A stretch of 25,028 bases of DNA, from assembly GCA_046726415.1 (NCBI GenBank), contig JBKPAK010000239.1, positions 1 to 25,028 of the forward strand, given 5' to 3'. Positions within the stretch are counted from its first letter, which is position 1. The number at the start of each line of letters is the position of its first letter. The notes under the pieces were generated by a model. The model did no database searches, had not been told where the DNA came from, and worked only from the letters and a program-made list of their open reading frames with translations. The DNA is from Candidatus Methylomirabilota bacterium. GTDB taxonomy: Bacteria; Methylomirabilota; Methylomirabilia; Rokubacteriales; CSP1-6. Positions 15,081 through 24,180 of the stretch are shown piece by piece. The translations under genes were made by a program, and so were the position numbers.

Positions 15081-15316
15081 CGCAGAGCCCGCGTGTGAGT
15101 GAGCGGCTCGAGCCGATGCCGTCGTCGACCGACGCTCTTCAGTTCAATGGATATGTACGGCGCGAAGCACGGGTCGACGCCAATAGGGGAATTGCCACTG
15201 CGCACAGCCAGGCGACCCCGCGGAGGGATCAGGGGATGGGAACAGTTCGGCCGACGGTTACCGTCGGTGACGCGGGCATCGACGACGAGCGGGCAGCGCC
15301 ACTGGCGAGCGTCTCA

Positions 15317-15493
15317 TCACACTGCCTCATCCGCGATCGAAGAGTGGCGCCAGATGTCGGCCAGATCGGCGTCGAGCCCCGACTCGTCGAAGGTGATGCC
15401 GTGTTCGGCGAACACCGCTCGAATGACCGACCTCGACCCCTCCTGTCGCGTGATTGTCCGTCCCGGGATGATCACCAGGCCCGCCCCCTTCAT
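15317..15493 (-). pseudogene. Degraded GNAT acetyltransferase N-terminal remnant
   Basis: 58-aa frame below the ORF-track cutoff containing VIRAVFAEHGITFDESGLDADLADIWRH, resembling GNAT N-termini (x-VFxEYGxxFDxxGxDADLxDI). Confidence 0.5.
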
Positions 15494-15653
15494 CCGGGAG
15501 GTGGGGCATCGCGCGTCGCATCGAGGGATCCCGCCGAGGATTCCCGTCAGGTCAGCGTGCGGTCGACAACTCGCTCATGAAAATGGTCCGGATGGCGCCG
15601 AGCTTTCTCGACGCCGGCCGGAATATGGCTGGCCCGCTGGCGCACCCCGGCGG

Positions 15654-15930
15654 TCAGCGGGTACGGCTCGCGCGCAGGGGGGCCGCGGCACCGGAATCAG
15701 CGCCCGCGGTTCCACAGCTCTCGCAGTAGATGCCCCCGCGCCTGCTCCAGCTTCTCAATCGCTTCTAGGATCGAGTGCGCCTCGGCGGCGCAGCCTGGAA
15801 GCTCCGGGTACTCCGCTCGCCGCAGCCATTGGCCCTCGCGTTCGACCGACTCAACCACCAGTAGGTAGGGGACCGCCTCGTAGTCATCGAGGGTGGGTAG
15901 AATACTGGACTCGCCCGCCGACCAGCTCAT
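15654..15930 (-). CDS. HicB-like domain small protein (C-terminus frameshifted; as written it stops at 15697)
   Basis: LDDYEAVPYLLVV...AEYPELPGCAAEAHSILEAIEKL; the expected IPVPRPP tail lies out of frame just past the stop; ATGA overlap with the Rieske gene. Confidence 0.7.
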
Positions 15931-17234
15931 GGCACGAAGGGCACCCACGCGATGGGCACACCGGCGTCCGACTGCCGGGCCTTCTCCGTGGCGGTGATCC
16001 AGCTCTCCCCGTCGGGCAACAAGACCGAGGCGGGGCGAACGCGGTACAGGTTTGCGTCGTCGACGTTCGCCGGCGGGGTGCCGTGCTCGCGCAACGCCCG
16101 GGCGGCGTTGAGGAGACAGCGCCGCACGAAGATCACCATCGCGTCGGTCGTGCCCAGGTGCTCCTGCGTGCGGTCGTAGATTGGGCCCATGGTCTCCGTC
16201 ATCGCCCTATCTTGTAGATTTCCGAGGAACGGAATGCCGATGGTCAACTCGGTCTTCTGCAGCTCGTAGTCGACGAGATAGTCATTGTGGATGTTGGCCT
16301 TGGTGTAATAGCGGGTCAGCGGGTCGCTGGTGGGCTCGAGGTATCCGCCCCAGGAAGCGAAGGGATCGGTCAGTCGCTGGCGCTCTTCGGCCGTCACCGG
16401 CCGGTCCAGCCGCCCGCGCATCACGAACTGGAGATTGTAGTGATCGTCCAGCGGCACCCAGGCGCGCGCCGACACCAGGTGCGGGTCGCTGGCCGCGATC
16501 ATCGAGTAAAAAGGCAGAATGAACTGCGTGATGCGGTGCCAGGAGAGGCCGTCGACATCCCAGCGCCGCCGCGCCGAGTAACAGGCCCCGTAGTCGGTGG
16601 GCAACACCTCCAGCCGCGGCCGCTTGTCGCGATGATAGGTTCCGCGCGGCTTGCTGTCCGCGCGGAGCTTGGCGTGGACGAAGTCGATGTGGGACGAGTC
16701 GATGTCGCCCTCCAGGGCCTGCACCCAGTTGCACTCTTCCAGCATCAGGTGGGGCGGATAGACGTGGTCGGCGGGCAGCGTGTTGATCTCGAAAGCGGGC
16801 AGCGGCGGTGGCACTTCGCGTGAGCCCATGTAGATCCAGATCACTCCGTTGACGTCCTGGCACGGGTACGCTCGCGCCCGCACCTTGTCTTTGAAGCTGC
16901 TCTCCGCCGGCTCGTTGGGCATATCCACACAGCGGCCCGTCACGTCGAACTTCCAACCGTGGTATGCGCAGCGCAAACCGCATGCCTCGTTGCGCCCGAA
17001 GAAGAGCGAAGCCCCGCGATGGGGGCAATTGGCGGCGAGGATTCCCATCGCGCCTCGGCTGTCGCGGAAGGCCACCAGGTTCTCCCCGAGGAGCCGCACC
17101 TTCTTCGGCGCGCCATCGGGCTCGGGCAGCTCAGCGGAGGGCAGGCACGGCATCCAGTACTGGCGCAGCAGCTCGCCCATCGGCGTTCCAGGCCCCACCC
17201 GGCACAGGAACTCGTTGTCCTCTCTCGAGAGCAT
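15927..17234 (-). CDS. Rieske non-heme iron oxygenase alpha subunit (phthalate 4,5-dioxygenase/LigXa-like)
   Basis: RVGPGTPMGELLRQYW; CPHRG...CAYHGW Rieske ligands; EGDIDSSHIDFVH and QDRA mononuclear iron motifs. Confidence 0.95.
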   Translation of the reverse strand: MLSREDNEFLCRVGPGTPMGELLRQYWMPCLPSAELPEPDGAPKKVRLLGENLVAFRDSRGAMGILAANCPHRGASLFFGRNEACGLRCAYHGWKFDVTGRCVDMPNEPAESSFKDKVRARAYPCQDVNGVIWIYMGSREVPPPLPAFEINTLPADHVYPPHLMLEECNWVQALEGDIDSSHIDFVHAKLRADSKPRGTYHRDKRPRLEVLPTDYGACYSARRRWDVDGLSWHRITQFILPFYSMIAASDPHLVSARAWVPLDDHYNLQFVMRGRLDRPVTAEERQRLTDPFASWGGYLEPTSDPLTRYYTKANIHNDYLVDYELQKTELTIGIPFLGNLQDRAMTETMGPIYDRTQEHLGTTDAMVIFVRRCLLNAARALREHGTPPANVDDANLYRVRPASVLLPDGESWITATEKARQSDAGVPIAWVPFVP

Positions 17235-17279
17235 CCCCTTCTCCTCCCCCTGCCCCGACGGGCGCGGTCAGCCTCCGTG

Positions 17280-18074
17280 TCAGCGCCGGGCGATCAGTCG
17301 CCTGAAGATCTCGCCGTACGTGAAGTCGTGGCCCTGTGCCACCTCGGCGGCTCGGTTCTTGACCCGGTCTTCGATCGTCTCTCCCGGTTGCACGTAGAGA
17401 CCGGCCACCTGGCTCTCGTGCCGGATCAGGGCCGCAACCTGCTTGTCGATCGAATCCGTAACGTCGACGATGATGTCGGGTTCGTCGGCACCCCAGTACC
17501 ACAGTTCCCGCACCTTGTGCGGCTCGAGGCCTTCCTCGGTGATCTGTTCGGGGAAATGCAGATGGTCGCGTGCGAACGGATAGATCGCGTCCGTGGTGAC
17601 GATGCCCGCCATCCGGTGGTCGCGGTGCTGGAAGCCCTTGAGGCGGTAGGGATCGTGCGTGAGCACCGTGTGCGGGCGGTACTTGCGCAGGGCGCGCACG
17701 ATGTCAGCACGGAAGACCCGACTGTCTTCGAGTCCTCCGTCCGGGTAGTCCAGCATGACCACGTTCTTCACGCCCATGAAGTCTGCGGCGGCGCGTTGCT
17801 CGATGGCCCGCTGTTGTGCCAGCTCCGCGGGGGTCAGCGATCGGTCGGCCGTGCCGGCGCCCCCGTTGGTGCACAGCACGTACGTGGCCTCGCACCCCGC
17901 GGCCACCCACTTCGCCACCACCCCGCCCGACCCGATTTCCGCGTCGTCTGGGTGGGCAAAAATCACCATGGTCCGGTCTGGCACCTCGGTCACGACCTGG
18001 AGCTTCCGAACACTGGCCCCCTGGGCCTTCTTTTTCGTCACGGCCGTCCTGGACCCTCGTCTGGTTGTCCGCAT
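17280..18074 (-). CDS. PIG-L family deacetylase (MshB/BshB/Mca-like fold)
   Basis: AHPDDAEIG and HRDH motifs; start could be GTG 18041. Confidence 0.93.
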   Translation of the reverse strand: MRTTRRGSRTAVTKKKAQGASVRKLQVVTEVPDRTMVIFAHPDDAEIGSGGVVAKWVAAGCEATYVLCTNGGAGTADRSLTPAELAQQRAIEQRAAADFMGVKNVVMLDYPDGGLEDSRVFRADIVRALRKYRPHTVLTHDPYRLKGFQHRDHRMAGIVTTDAIYPFARDHLHFPEQITEEGLEPHKVRELWYWGADEPDIIVDVTDSIDKQVAALIRHESQVAGLYVQPGETIEDRVKNRAAEVAQGHDFTYGEIFRRLIARR

Positions 18075-18133
18075 GGCGGAATTCTACAGGAGCCGCCCGT
18101 TCGACTCGGCGGTAAGCTCGAGGCCCACGGGAG

Positions 18134-18514
18134 ATGGTCATGGCGCCGCGAGTGCTCTCCATCAGCGCGGTTACCCTCGCCACGAGGGACATGGGGCGGG
18201 CCGTACCCTTCTACCGCGCGCTGGGCTTCACCCTCGCTTACGGAAGCGAGACCGCGGCCTTCACGTCCTTCCGCGTCGGGCGGGGGTTCCTCAATCTCGC
18301 GCGCACGACATTGGAGTCCACCTGGGACGGATGGGGCCGCGTCATTTTCTACGTCGACGACGTGGACGCGATGTACGCGCACGCGCGTGCCCAGGGCCTG
18401 AGCCCCCCGGCGGCACCCCAGGACGCTGCGTGGGGCGAGCGCTATTTCCACGTCACGGATCCCGACGGTCACGAGTTGTCGTTCGCCCGGCCGCTGTCGG
18501 GCCCCCCCCGGTAG
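18134..18514 (+). CDS. VOC family protein
   Basis: ISAVTLATRDMGRAVPFYRALGF...DAAWGERYFHVTDPDGHELSFA. Confidence 0.92.
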   Translation: MVMAPRVLSISAVTLATRDMGRAVPFYRALGFTLAYGSETAAFTSFRVGRGFLNLARTTLESTWDGWGRVIFYVDDVDAMYAHARAQGLSPPAAPQDAAWGERYFHVTDPDGHELSFARPLSGPPR

Positions 18515-18545
18515 GTGCTCGCCAACCTCGCCGCGGGGGGCCTGG

Positions 18546-19463
18546 TCAACCCTTGACGGAGCCCGCCGTGAGTCCTTGGACCATGTACTTCTGGAAGACG
18601 AGCACCAGGAGGACCGCGGGAAGGGCGCCGAGAAAGCCGGAGGCGGCGATCACCGAGTAGTCGATGTTGATCTGGCCGTTCATGCCGGCAATCACCGGAG
18701 GCAGCGTCGTCGTGCCGGGTTTCGTGTTCAGCACCTGCGCTACGATGAACTCGTTCCAGCAGAGCATGAAGGTGAAGGCGCCCCCCGCCACCAGCCCGGG
18801 ACCGGAGACTGGCAACACGACCTTGGTATAGGCCTGAAAGCGGTTACACCCGTCGACCAGGGCGCTCTTGTCGAGCTCGCTGGGGACCGTCTCGAAGTAC
18901 GCCTTCATGATCCACACGGTGAACGGAAGGGTGAAGGAGCAGTAAGCGACGATGAGCCCGGTGAGGCTGTTCTGGAGCCCGAGGGCGCGCAGCATCAGGA
19001 AGAAGGCCGGGATCAGCACCACCGTCGGCAGCATGCGGGTGAAGAGCAGCGCGAAGAGCGACAGGCTCTTCAGCGGGAACCGGTACCGCGCATAGGCGTA
19101 GCCGGCGGTCGTGCCGACGGACAGGTTCATCAAGGTCACCACCGAGGCGACGATGAGGCTGTTCAGCATGGAGGGCAGGATCTTAGCGGCCTGGCCCTCG
19201 GCGTGGAACCGGATCAGCCCGAAGATCATCTTGTAGTTCTCGAGCGTGACCTCCGGCGGAATGAAGGCGAGCGGGCGCGCGAGCAGATGGCGCTGGTACG
19301 AGATGCTGGTGATGAAGAGCCAGATGAATGGCGCCACCAACCACGCCGTCACCGCGAGGACCAGCCCGTAGAGGACGAGGCGGCTGCCCAGCGACCGCCC
19401 CTTGTAGCGTCCACCGCGGTAGCCGCGATCGACGACCGTCGCCCTCTCCAGCCTCACCGCCAT
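18546..19463 (-). CDS. Carbohydrate ABC transporter permease (MalG-like)
   Basis: AGYAYARYRF, TLPFTVWIMKAYFETVPSELDKSALVDG (EAA loop), QKYMVQGLTAGSVKG. Confidence 0.95.
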   Translation of the reverse strand: MAVRLERATVVDRGYRGGRYKGRSLGSRLVLYGLVLAVTAWLVAPFIWLFITSISYQRHLLARPLAFIPPEVTLENYKMIFGLIRFHAEGQAAKILPSMLNSLIVASVVTLMNLSVGTTAGYAYARYRFPLKSLSLFALLFTRMLPTVVLIPAFFLMLRALGLQNSLTGLIVAYCSFTLPFTVWIMKAYFETVPSELDKSALVDGCNRFQAYTKVVLPVSGPGLVAGGAFTFMLCWNEFIVAQVLNTKPGTTTLPPVIAGMNGQINIDYSVIAASGFLGALPAVLLVLVFQKYMVQGLTAGSVKG

Positions 19464-19470
19464 GTCGTCG

Positions 19471-20448
19471 TCACCCCTCGGGCTCGAACCGGGTCAGGAT
19501 GAGTCGCTGGTACGCGATGGTCAGGAGCAGGCACAGCGCCGTCAAGGTGTACAGGATGGCCGTGCCGGGACCGAACTTGAAGAACGCAAAGGTGGTCTGG
19601 AAGCCGAGCCACGAGATGGTGGTCGTGTCGTGGGCGGGGCCGCCCATGGTCAGGACGTAGATCAGGTCGAGCATGAGAAAGCCGTTCACCGTGGCCAGGA
19701 CCAGGACGAGGAACACGATGGGCCGGAGCGCCGGCAAGGTCACGTAGCGGAAGCGCTGCCAGTACCCCGCACCGTCGACCTCGGCCGCGCTGTAGAGGTC
19801 CACCGAGATCGACTGCATGCCGGCCAGGAACAGGAGCGTGGCGAACGGGGCCTGGTTCCACATGTAGACGGAGACCAGGACGTTGAGCGCGCTGAAGCCG
19901 TGCTTGAAGAACGCGATCGAACCGTCGATGAGGCCGAGCCGGGCCAGCAACCCATTGAGGGCCCCGAATTCGAAGTCGAGGATCCCGATCCAGAGGAGCC
20001 CCACGACCACGCGGGAGAGCGACCACGGGATCAGCAGGAAACTCCGCACGAGCGGACGGCCGTGGAAGCGTTCGTGCAGCACCAGCGCCATGCCCATCCC
20101 GACCATCGCGGCCTCGAGCACGAAGGCTCCGACGAAATAGAGCGTGCGGCCGAGCGAGCTCCAGTACAGCGGATCGCCGAAGATCCGAGCGTAGTTTTGC
20201 AGCCCGACGAAGCGGAACAAGGGCACACGGACGCCGAACAGCTCGAGGGCGGGGCCGGTGGTCCGAAGCAGGTTGACATCGGTGAAGGAGAGCCACAATG
20301 AGTAGAGCAGCGGGAACAGGACGACGACGACAATCGCCAGGAGCGCCGGCGCGATGAGGGCCAGCGCGAACCAGCCGTCGGACAACCGGAATCCCAGTCC
20401 CGGAACGGTCCGACGGATGGCGCCTCCGACCGTCCGGGCGACCGCCAT
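19471..20448 (-). CDS. Carbohydrate ABC transporter permease (MalF-like)
   Basis: FVGLQNY, LAGMQSISVDLYSAAEVDGA (EAA loop), LTMGGP. Confidence 0.95.
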   Translation of the reverse strand: MAVARTVGGAIRRTVPGLGFRLSDGWFALALIAPALLAIVVVVLFPLLYSLWLSFTDVNLLRTTGPALELFGVRVPLFRFVGLQNYARIFGDPLYWSSLGRTLYFVGAFVLEAAMVGMGMALVLHERFHGRPLVRSFLLIPWSLSRVVVGLLWIGILDFEFGALNGLLARLGLIDGSIAFFKHGFSALNVLVSVYMWNQAPFATLLFLAGMQSISVDLYSAAEVDGAGYWQRFRYVTLPALRPIVFLVLVLATVNGFLMLDLIYVLTMGGPAHDTTTISWLGFQTTFAFFKFGPGTAILYTLTALCLLLTIAYQRLILTRFEPEG

Positions 20449-20457
20449 GACTGCCGA

Positions 20458-21756
20458 TTAGGCTAGCGACTTCTGCAGGCTGGCCAGCTCCTTGAGCCCC
20501 TTGGGTACGGGGGTGGCGCCCCGGATGATGTTGTGGACGGTGGCCACCGCCTTGGTGTCGTACTCGCCGTACCACGGCTCCTTGTAGGCCGCGATGACCT
20601 TCCCCTTCTTGTATTGCTCGCGCAGCAGCTTGAGGTCGATCCAGCGGTCGTACGACTGGATGATCTCGGGATGGTCATACATCTCCGGATACGGGTTATC
20701 GAGCCCGGAGATCAGGCACCACTGGCGCTGAACGTACCAGTCGCCGTTCAGATTCCCCCCCAGAAAGCGCGTGAACTTCCAGGCGTCCTCCAGCACTTTG
20801 GTCTTGGCGTTGACCGTGTAGGAGTCCGTCCACATGTACGTCTGCCCCGTACCGGGGTACATGACCATCTTGGCCTTCTTGGGGGCAAGCTTGGAGTTCT
20901 CGGGCTCCCCGGCGATGGTCTTGAGGTAGTAGGAGTGGTTCGTGTGATAGGCATACCGCCCGGTCCAGAACAGGCGGTGGGTGTCGGTGGAAGAGGTCTT
21001 GGTGAGGACCTCGGGGTTCACCAGCTCGGCCTTGTAGACTTTCTGCCAGCGCTCCATGGCTCGCGCCGCGCCGGGCTCCTGATCGACGATCACCCGGTTC
21101 TTGGCGTCGAACACTTGGGCTCCTTCCGAAAAGCAGTCGGTCATGAACTGCGGCATCGTCCCCGACGGGCTGTTGTTCCAGTTTGGCAGGAACGGCGTGT
21201 CGCTGAGCTTGTCCCGCTTGAGCTTGGTGCAGTGCTCGACCAGCTCGTCCCAGCTCTTGGCGGGCGCCTTGATACCGGCCTGCTGGAGCAGCGGCTCGTT
21301 CACGATCAGAATGAAGAGGCTGGTGAAGTAGGGCAGCCCCAAGAGCTTCGTGCCGTCCTTGCTCTTGAGGCTCTCGAGGTTGGCCGGCGTCATCTTCTTC
21401 TTCAGCTCGTCCACTCCGGGGAGGTCGTCGATCGATCGAATCAGGCCATTCTCGTACCAGCGCTCCCGGTTATTGTGGTTGCAGTACATGACATCGACCA
21501 CTTCACCGGCGAGGGCCCGCGTCTCCATTGTCGGATGGTACTGAGCCCACGGGATGGACTCGTACTTGACCTGCCCCCCGTGCTTTTGATTGTAGAAGTT
21601 CACATAATCCTTCACGGTGTCGGGCTTGAACACCCACCCGGAGAAGCTGATTGGCTTGTCCGCGTGGGCGACCCCGCGGACCGCCTCGGCCAGGGCCGCT
21701 GAAGTCCCGAGCAGTCCCGCGTTCCTCAAAAGCTGCCGCCGGCTGATGGTCGTCAT
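20458..21756 (-). CDS. Extracellular solute-binding protein (family 1) with Tat signal
   Basis: MTTISRRQLLRNAGLLG...AHA twin-arginine leader; GLPY, PAKSWDEL, AWKFTRFL; adjacent to two permeases. Confidence 0.92.
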   Translation of the reverse strand: MTTISRRQLLRNAGLLGTSAALAEAVRGVAHADKPISFSGWVFKPDTVKDYVNFYNQKHGGQVKYESIPWAQYHPTMETRALAGEVVDVMYCNHNNRERWYENGLIRSIDDLPGVDELKKKMTPANLESLKSKDGTKLLGLPYFTSLFILIVNEPLLQQAGIKAPAKSWDELVEHCTKLKRDKLSDTPFLPNWNNSPSGTMPQFMTDCFSEGAQVFDAKNRVIVDQEPGAARAMERWQKVYKAELVNPEVLTKTSSTDTHRLFWTGRYAYHTNHSYYLKTIAGEPENSKLAPKKAKMVMYPGTGQTYMWTDSYTVNAKTKVLEDAWKFTRFLGGNLNGDWYVQRQWCLISGLDNPYPEMYDHPEIIQSYDRWIDLKLLREQYKKGKVIAAYKEPWYGEYDTKAVATVHNIIRGATPVPKGLKELASLQKSLA

Positions 21757-21860
21757 CGGTCTCGTCTCCTCTGGTTCGGGCCCTTTGGCTGCGACGTGCG
21801 ATGCCCCTGGCGTCGCGTCCCGGGGGAGCCCGGGACGCTCGTCGACGAGCCGAGAGGGTC

Positions 21861-22958
21861 CTATTCGTACACGACGACGCTGCGCTTGACCTCGCCCTGC
21901 AGCATCAGGTCGAAGGCGTGGTTCAACTCGGTGAGCGGAAGCCGGCGACTGATCAGCTCGCGGAGCTTGTACTTCTCGGCCATGAACAGATCGATGAGCA
22001 TGGGCACGTCGGTGCGCTGGTGGCCCCCACCGAATGACGTCCCCGTCAGCGTCCGCTGCTGCAGCAAGAGGAGCGGATCGATGGACAGTCGCGTACCGGC
22101 CGGACAGACCCCCACCACCACGGCCATGCCACCGCGATGGATGGAGAGAAAGGCCTGTTCGATCGTCTTCTGGATACCCACGACCTCGAAGGCGTAGTCG
22201 ACGCCTCCCGTGCCGCTGAGAGCCTGTACCCGAGCGATCGGATCGTCCCTGGACGCGTCCACCACGTGCGTGGCCCCGAACTCCTCGGCCCACTCGAGCT
22301 TCTGCTTCACCACGTCTACCGCGATGACCTTCCCAGCCCCCACCAGGCGCGCGGCCTGAATGGTGTTGAGTCCCACCCCGCCGCAGCCGAACACCGCCAC
22401 GCTGGCGCCAGGCGGCACCTTGGCTCGGTTGAACACGGGGCCGGCGCCGGCCAGCACCCCGCAGCTCACCAGGCATACGACATCGAGGGGGGCGTCCTTG
22501 CGGATCGGGATCACGCCCTCCTCGAGGAGCACCGAGTACGTGGCGTAACCGGCGACCTGCAGGTAGTGGTGCAGCCCTTGGCCATTCTTCTGAAAGCGGG
22601 GAGTTCCGTCCAGCATGAACCAGCGCGGCTTGTCGCGCAGCGCGCACATCGTGGGCTGGCCACCGATGCAGTACCAGCACTTGCCGCACGAGGGAATGTA
22701 GCTCGAACAGACGTGATCGCCCGGCGCGACCGTCTCCACACCCGGCCCGACCTTTTCCACGACCCCGGCGGCTTCGTGACCCAGCACCACGGGCAGGGGA
22801 TGCGGAGAGTCCCCCTTGATCACGTGGAGGTCACTGTGACAGACGCCGTTGGCGATCCAGCGGACCCGCACCTCATGGGGCCCGGGCTCCAGTACATCGA
22901 CGTCCTCCACGACCAGTGGCTTGTTGATCTCGTACAGCACGGCGGCAGTGGCCTTCAT
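21861..22958 (-). CDS. Zn-dependent alcohol dehydrogenase (class III-like MDR)
   Basis: GVCHSDLH, GHEAAG, CGKCWYC...C, VFGCGGVGL; AAGGAGG SD before ATG 22958. Confidence 0.96.
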   Translation of the reverse strand: MKATAAVLYEINKPLVVEDVDVLEPGPHEVRVRWIANGVCHSDLHVIKGDSPHPLPVVLGHEAAGVVEKVGPGVETVAPGDHVCSSYIPSCGKCWYCIGGQPTMCALRDKPRWFMLDGTPRFQKNGQGLHHYLQVAGYATYSVLLEEGVIPIRKDAPLDVVCLVSCGVLAGAGPVFNRAKVPPGASVAVFGCGGVGLNTIQAARLVGAGKVIAVDVVKQKLEWAEEFGATHVVDASRDDPIARVQALSGTGGVDYAFEVVGIQKTIEQAFLSIHRGGMAVVVGVCPAGTRLSIDPLLLLQQRTLTGTSFGGGHQRTDVPMLIDLFMAEKYKLRELISRRLPLTELNHAFDLMLQGEVKRSVVVYE

Positions 22959-23169
22959 GAACGCCTCCTTCTGGATCGCGGGCGAGGGCGGTGGTGCGCC
23001 GACCGTCCGAGTGTAAACCACATCGGCCACGGCCGTTCGGTCATGTCCGACCCCGGTCGGCGCGGCGGGCGAGCGAGTAATAGAGGTTTTCGCACGCCAG
23101 CCCAGCGTTTGATGTTTACTGAAACCGTCCGCACGCGGCATCAGATCGACCGCGGGACAGGAGGCCGCT

Positions 23170-24012
23170 ATGGACTTCGGCGTCGTCATGTTTCCCACCA
23201 ACTACGCCATCCAGCCTGACGAACTGGGGCGGGCGCTCGAAGAACGAGGATTCGAGTCGCTGTGGGTGCCCGAGCACACCCACATTCCCGCCAGTCGACG
23301 CAGTCCCTGGCCCGGCGGTGGGCCCCTGCCCAAGGAGTACTGGTCGTCCTACGACCCGTTCGTCGCCCTGATGGCGGCTGGCGCGGCCACCCGCCGGCTG
23401 CGACTGGGTACGGGCATCTGTCTCGTCATCGAGCGCGATCCAATCGTCACGGCGAAGGAGGTCGCTACGCTCGACCGGCTCTCTGGTGGCCGGTTTCTCT
23501 TCGGCATCGGCGGGGGCTGGAACGCCGAGGAGATGGAGCACCATGGGACGAACTTCAAGACGCGGTGGCGCGTCCTTCGCGAGCGGGTGCTGGCCATGAA
23601 GGAGATCTGGACCAAGGACGAGGCGGAGTTTCACGGGGAGTTCGTGCATTTCGACCGGATCTGGTCACAGCCCAAGCCCGCGCAGGCGCCGCATCCGCCA
23701 ATCGTGATCGGCGGCGACGGACCCACCACCTTCGATCGCGTCGTGGAATTCGGGGATGGCTGGATACCCATCCTGCGCCCGGGCGTCAACCCGGTGGCCA
23801 AGATTCCGGCTTTGCGAGAGCGACTCGAGCGCGCCGGCCGCGATCCGGGATCCGTCCCCGTGTCGGTCTTCTTTGCGCCGCCGAAGAAGCCGGATCTCGA
23901 GGGCCTGGCCGCAGCGGGGGTGGCCCGCGCGATCTTCGGTCTCCCGTCGGAGCCTCGGGACGCCGTGCTCCCTCGCCTCGACAAGTACGCGGCGGTGATC
24001 GGGTCGATGTGA
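23170..24012 (+). CDS. LLM class (putative F420-dependent) oxidoreductase, Rv2161c-like
   Basis: GFESLWVPEHTHIP, AKEVATLDRLSGGRFLFGIGGGWNAEE, PKPAQAPHPPIVIGG; AGGAGG SD. Confidence 0.92.
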   Translation: MDFGVVMFPTNYAIQPDELGRALEERGFESLWVPEHTHIPASRRSPWPGGGPLPKEYWSSYDPFVALMAAGAATRRLRLGTGICLVIERDPIVTAKEVATLDRLSGGRFLFGIGGGWNAEEMEHHGTNFKTRWRVLRERVLAMKEIWTKDEAEFHGEFVHFDRIWSQPKPAQAPHPPIVIGGDGPTTFDRVVEFGDGWIPILRPGVNPVAKIPALRERLERAGRDPGSVPVSVFFAPPKKPDLEGLAAAGVARAIFGLPSEPRDAVLPRLDKYAAVIGSM

Positions 24013-24180
24013 CGGGCACCGCGGCGATGTGAAGGATCTATACGAGAGGGCGGGACGTGAAACTCCGCGGCCGTCAGGGATCGTGCGTCGATTGGTGGGA
24101 CCGCGAAGACGGTGCGGGAGCGGTCGCGGGCGGCCGCTCGCCGATAGATCCTCGGCGAGGATCACTCCGGCCGCCGTCGT

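Noticed and set aside
15654-15930. Complete HicAB toxin-antitoxin system
   Set aside because: No small basic HicA-like ORF (GSH motif) on either side.
21757-22689. N-terminal extension of the 743-aa ORF as a fusion to the binding protein
   Set aside because: It overlaps the ADH gene in another frame; the Tat leader and SD mark the real start at 21756.
24029-24180. DVKLRGRQG string resembling an adenylate cyclase C-terminus, plus a GATCCTC/GAGGATC hairpin
   Set aside because: Too short and frame-broken to support; the hairpin is unremarkable between convergent genes.
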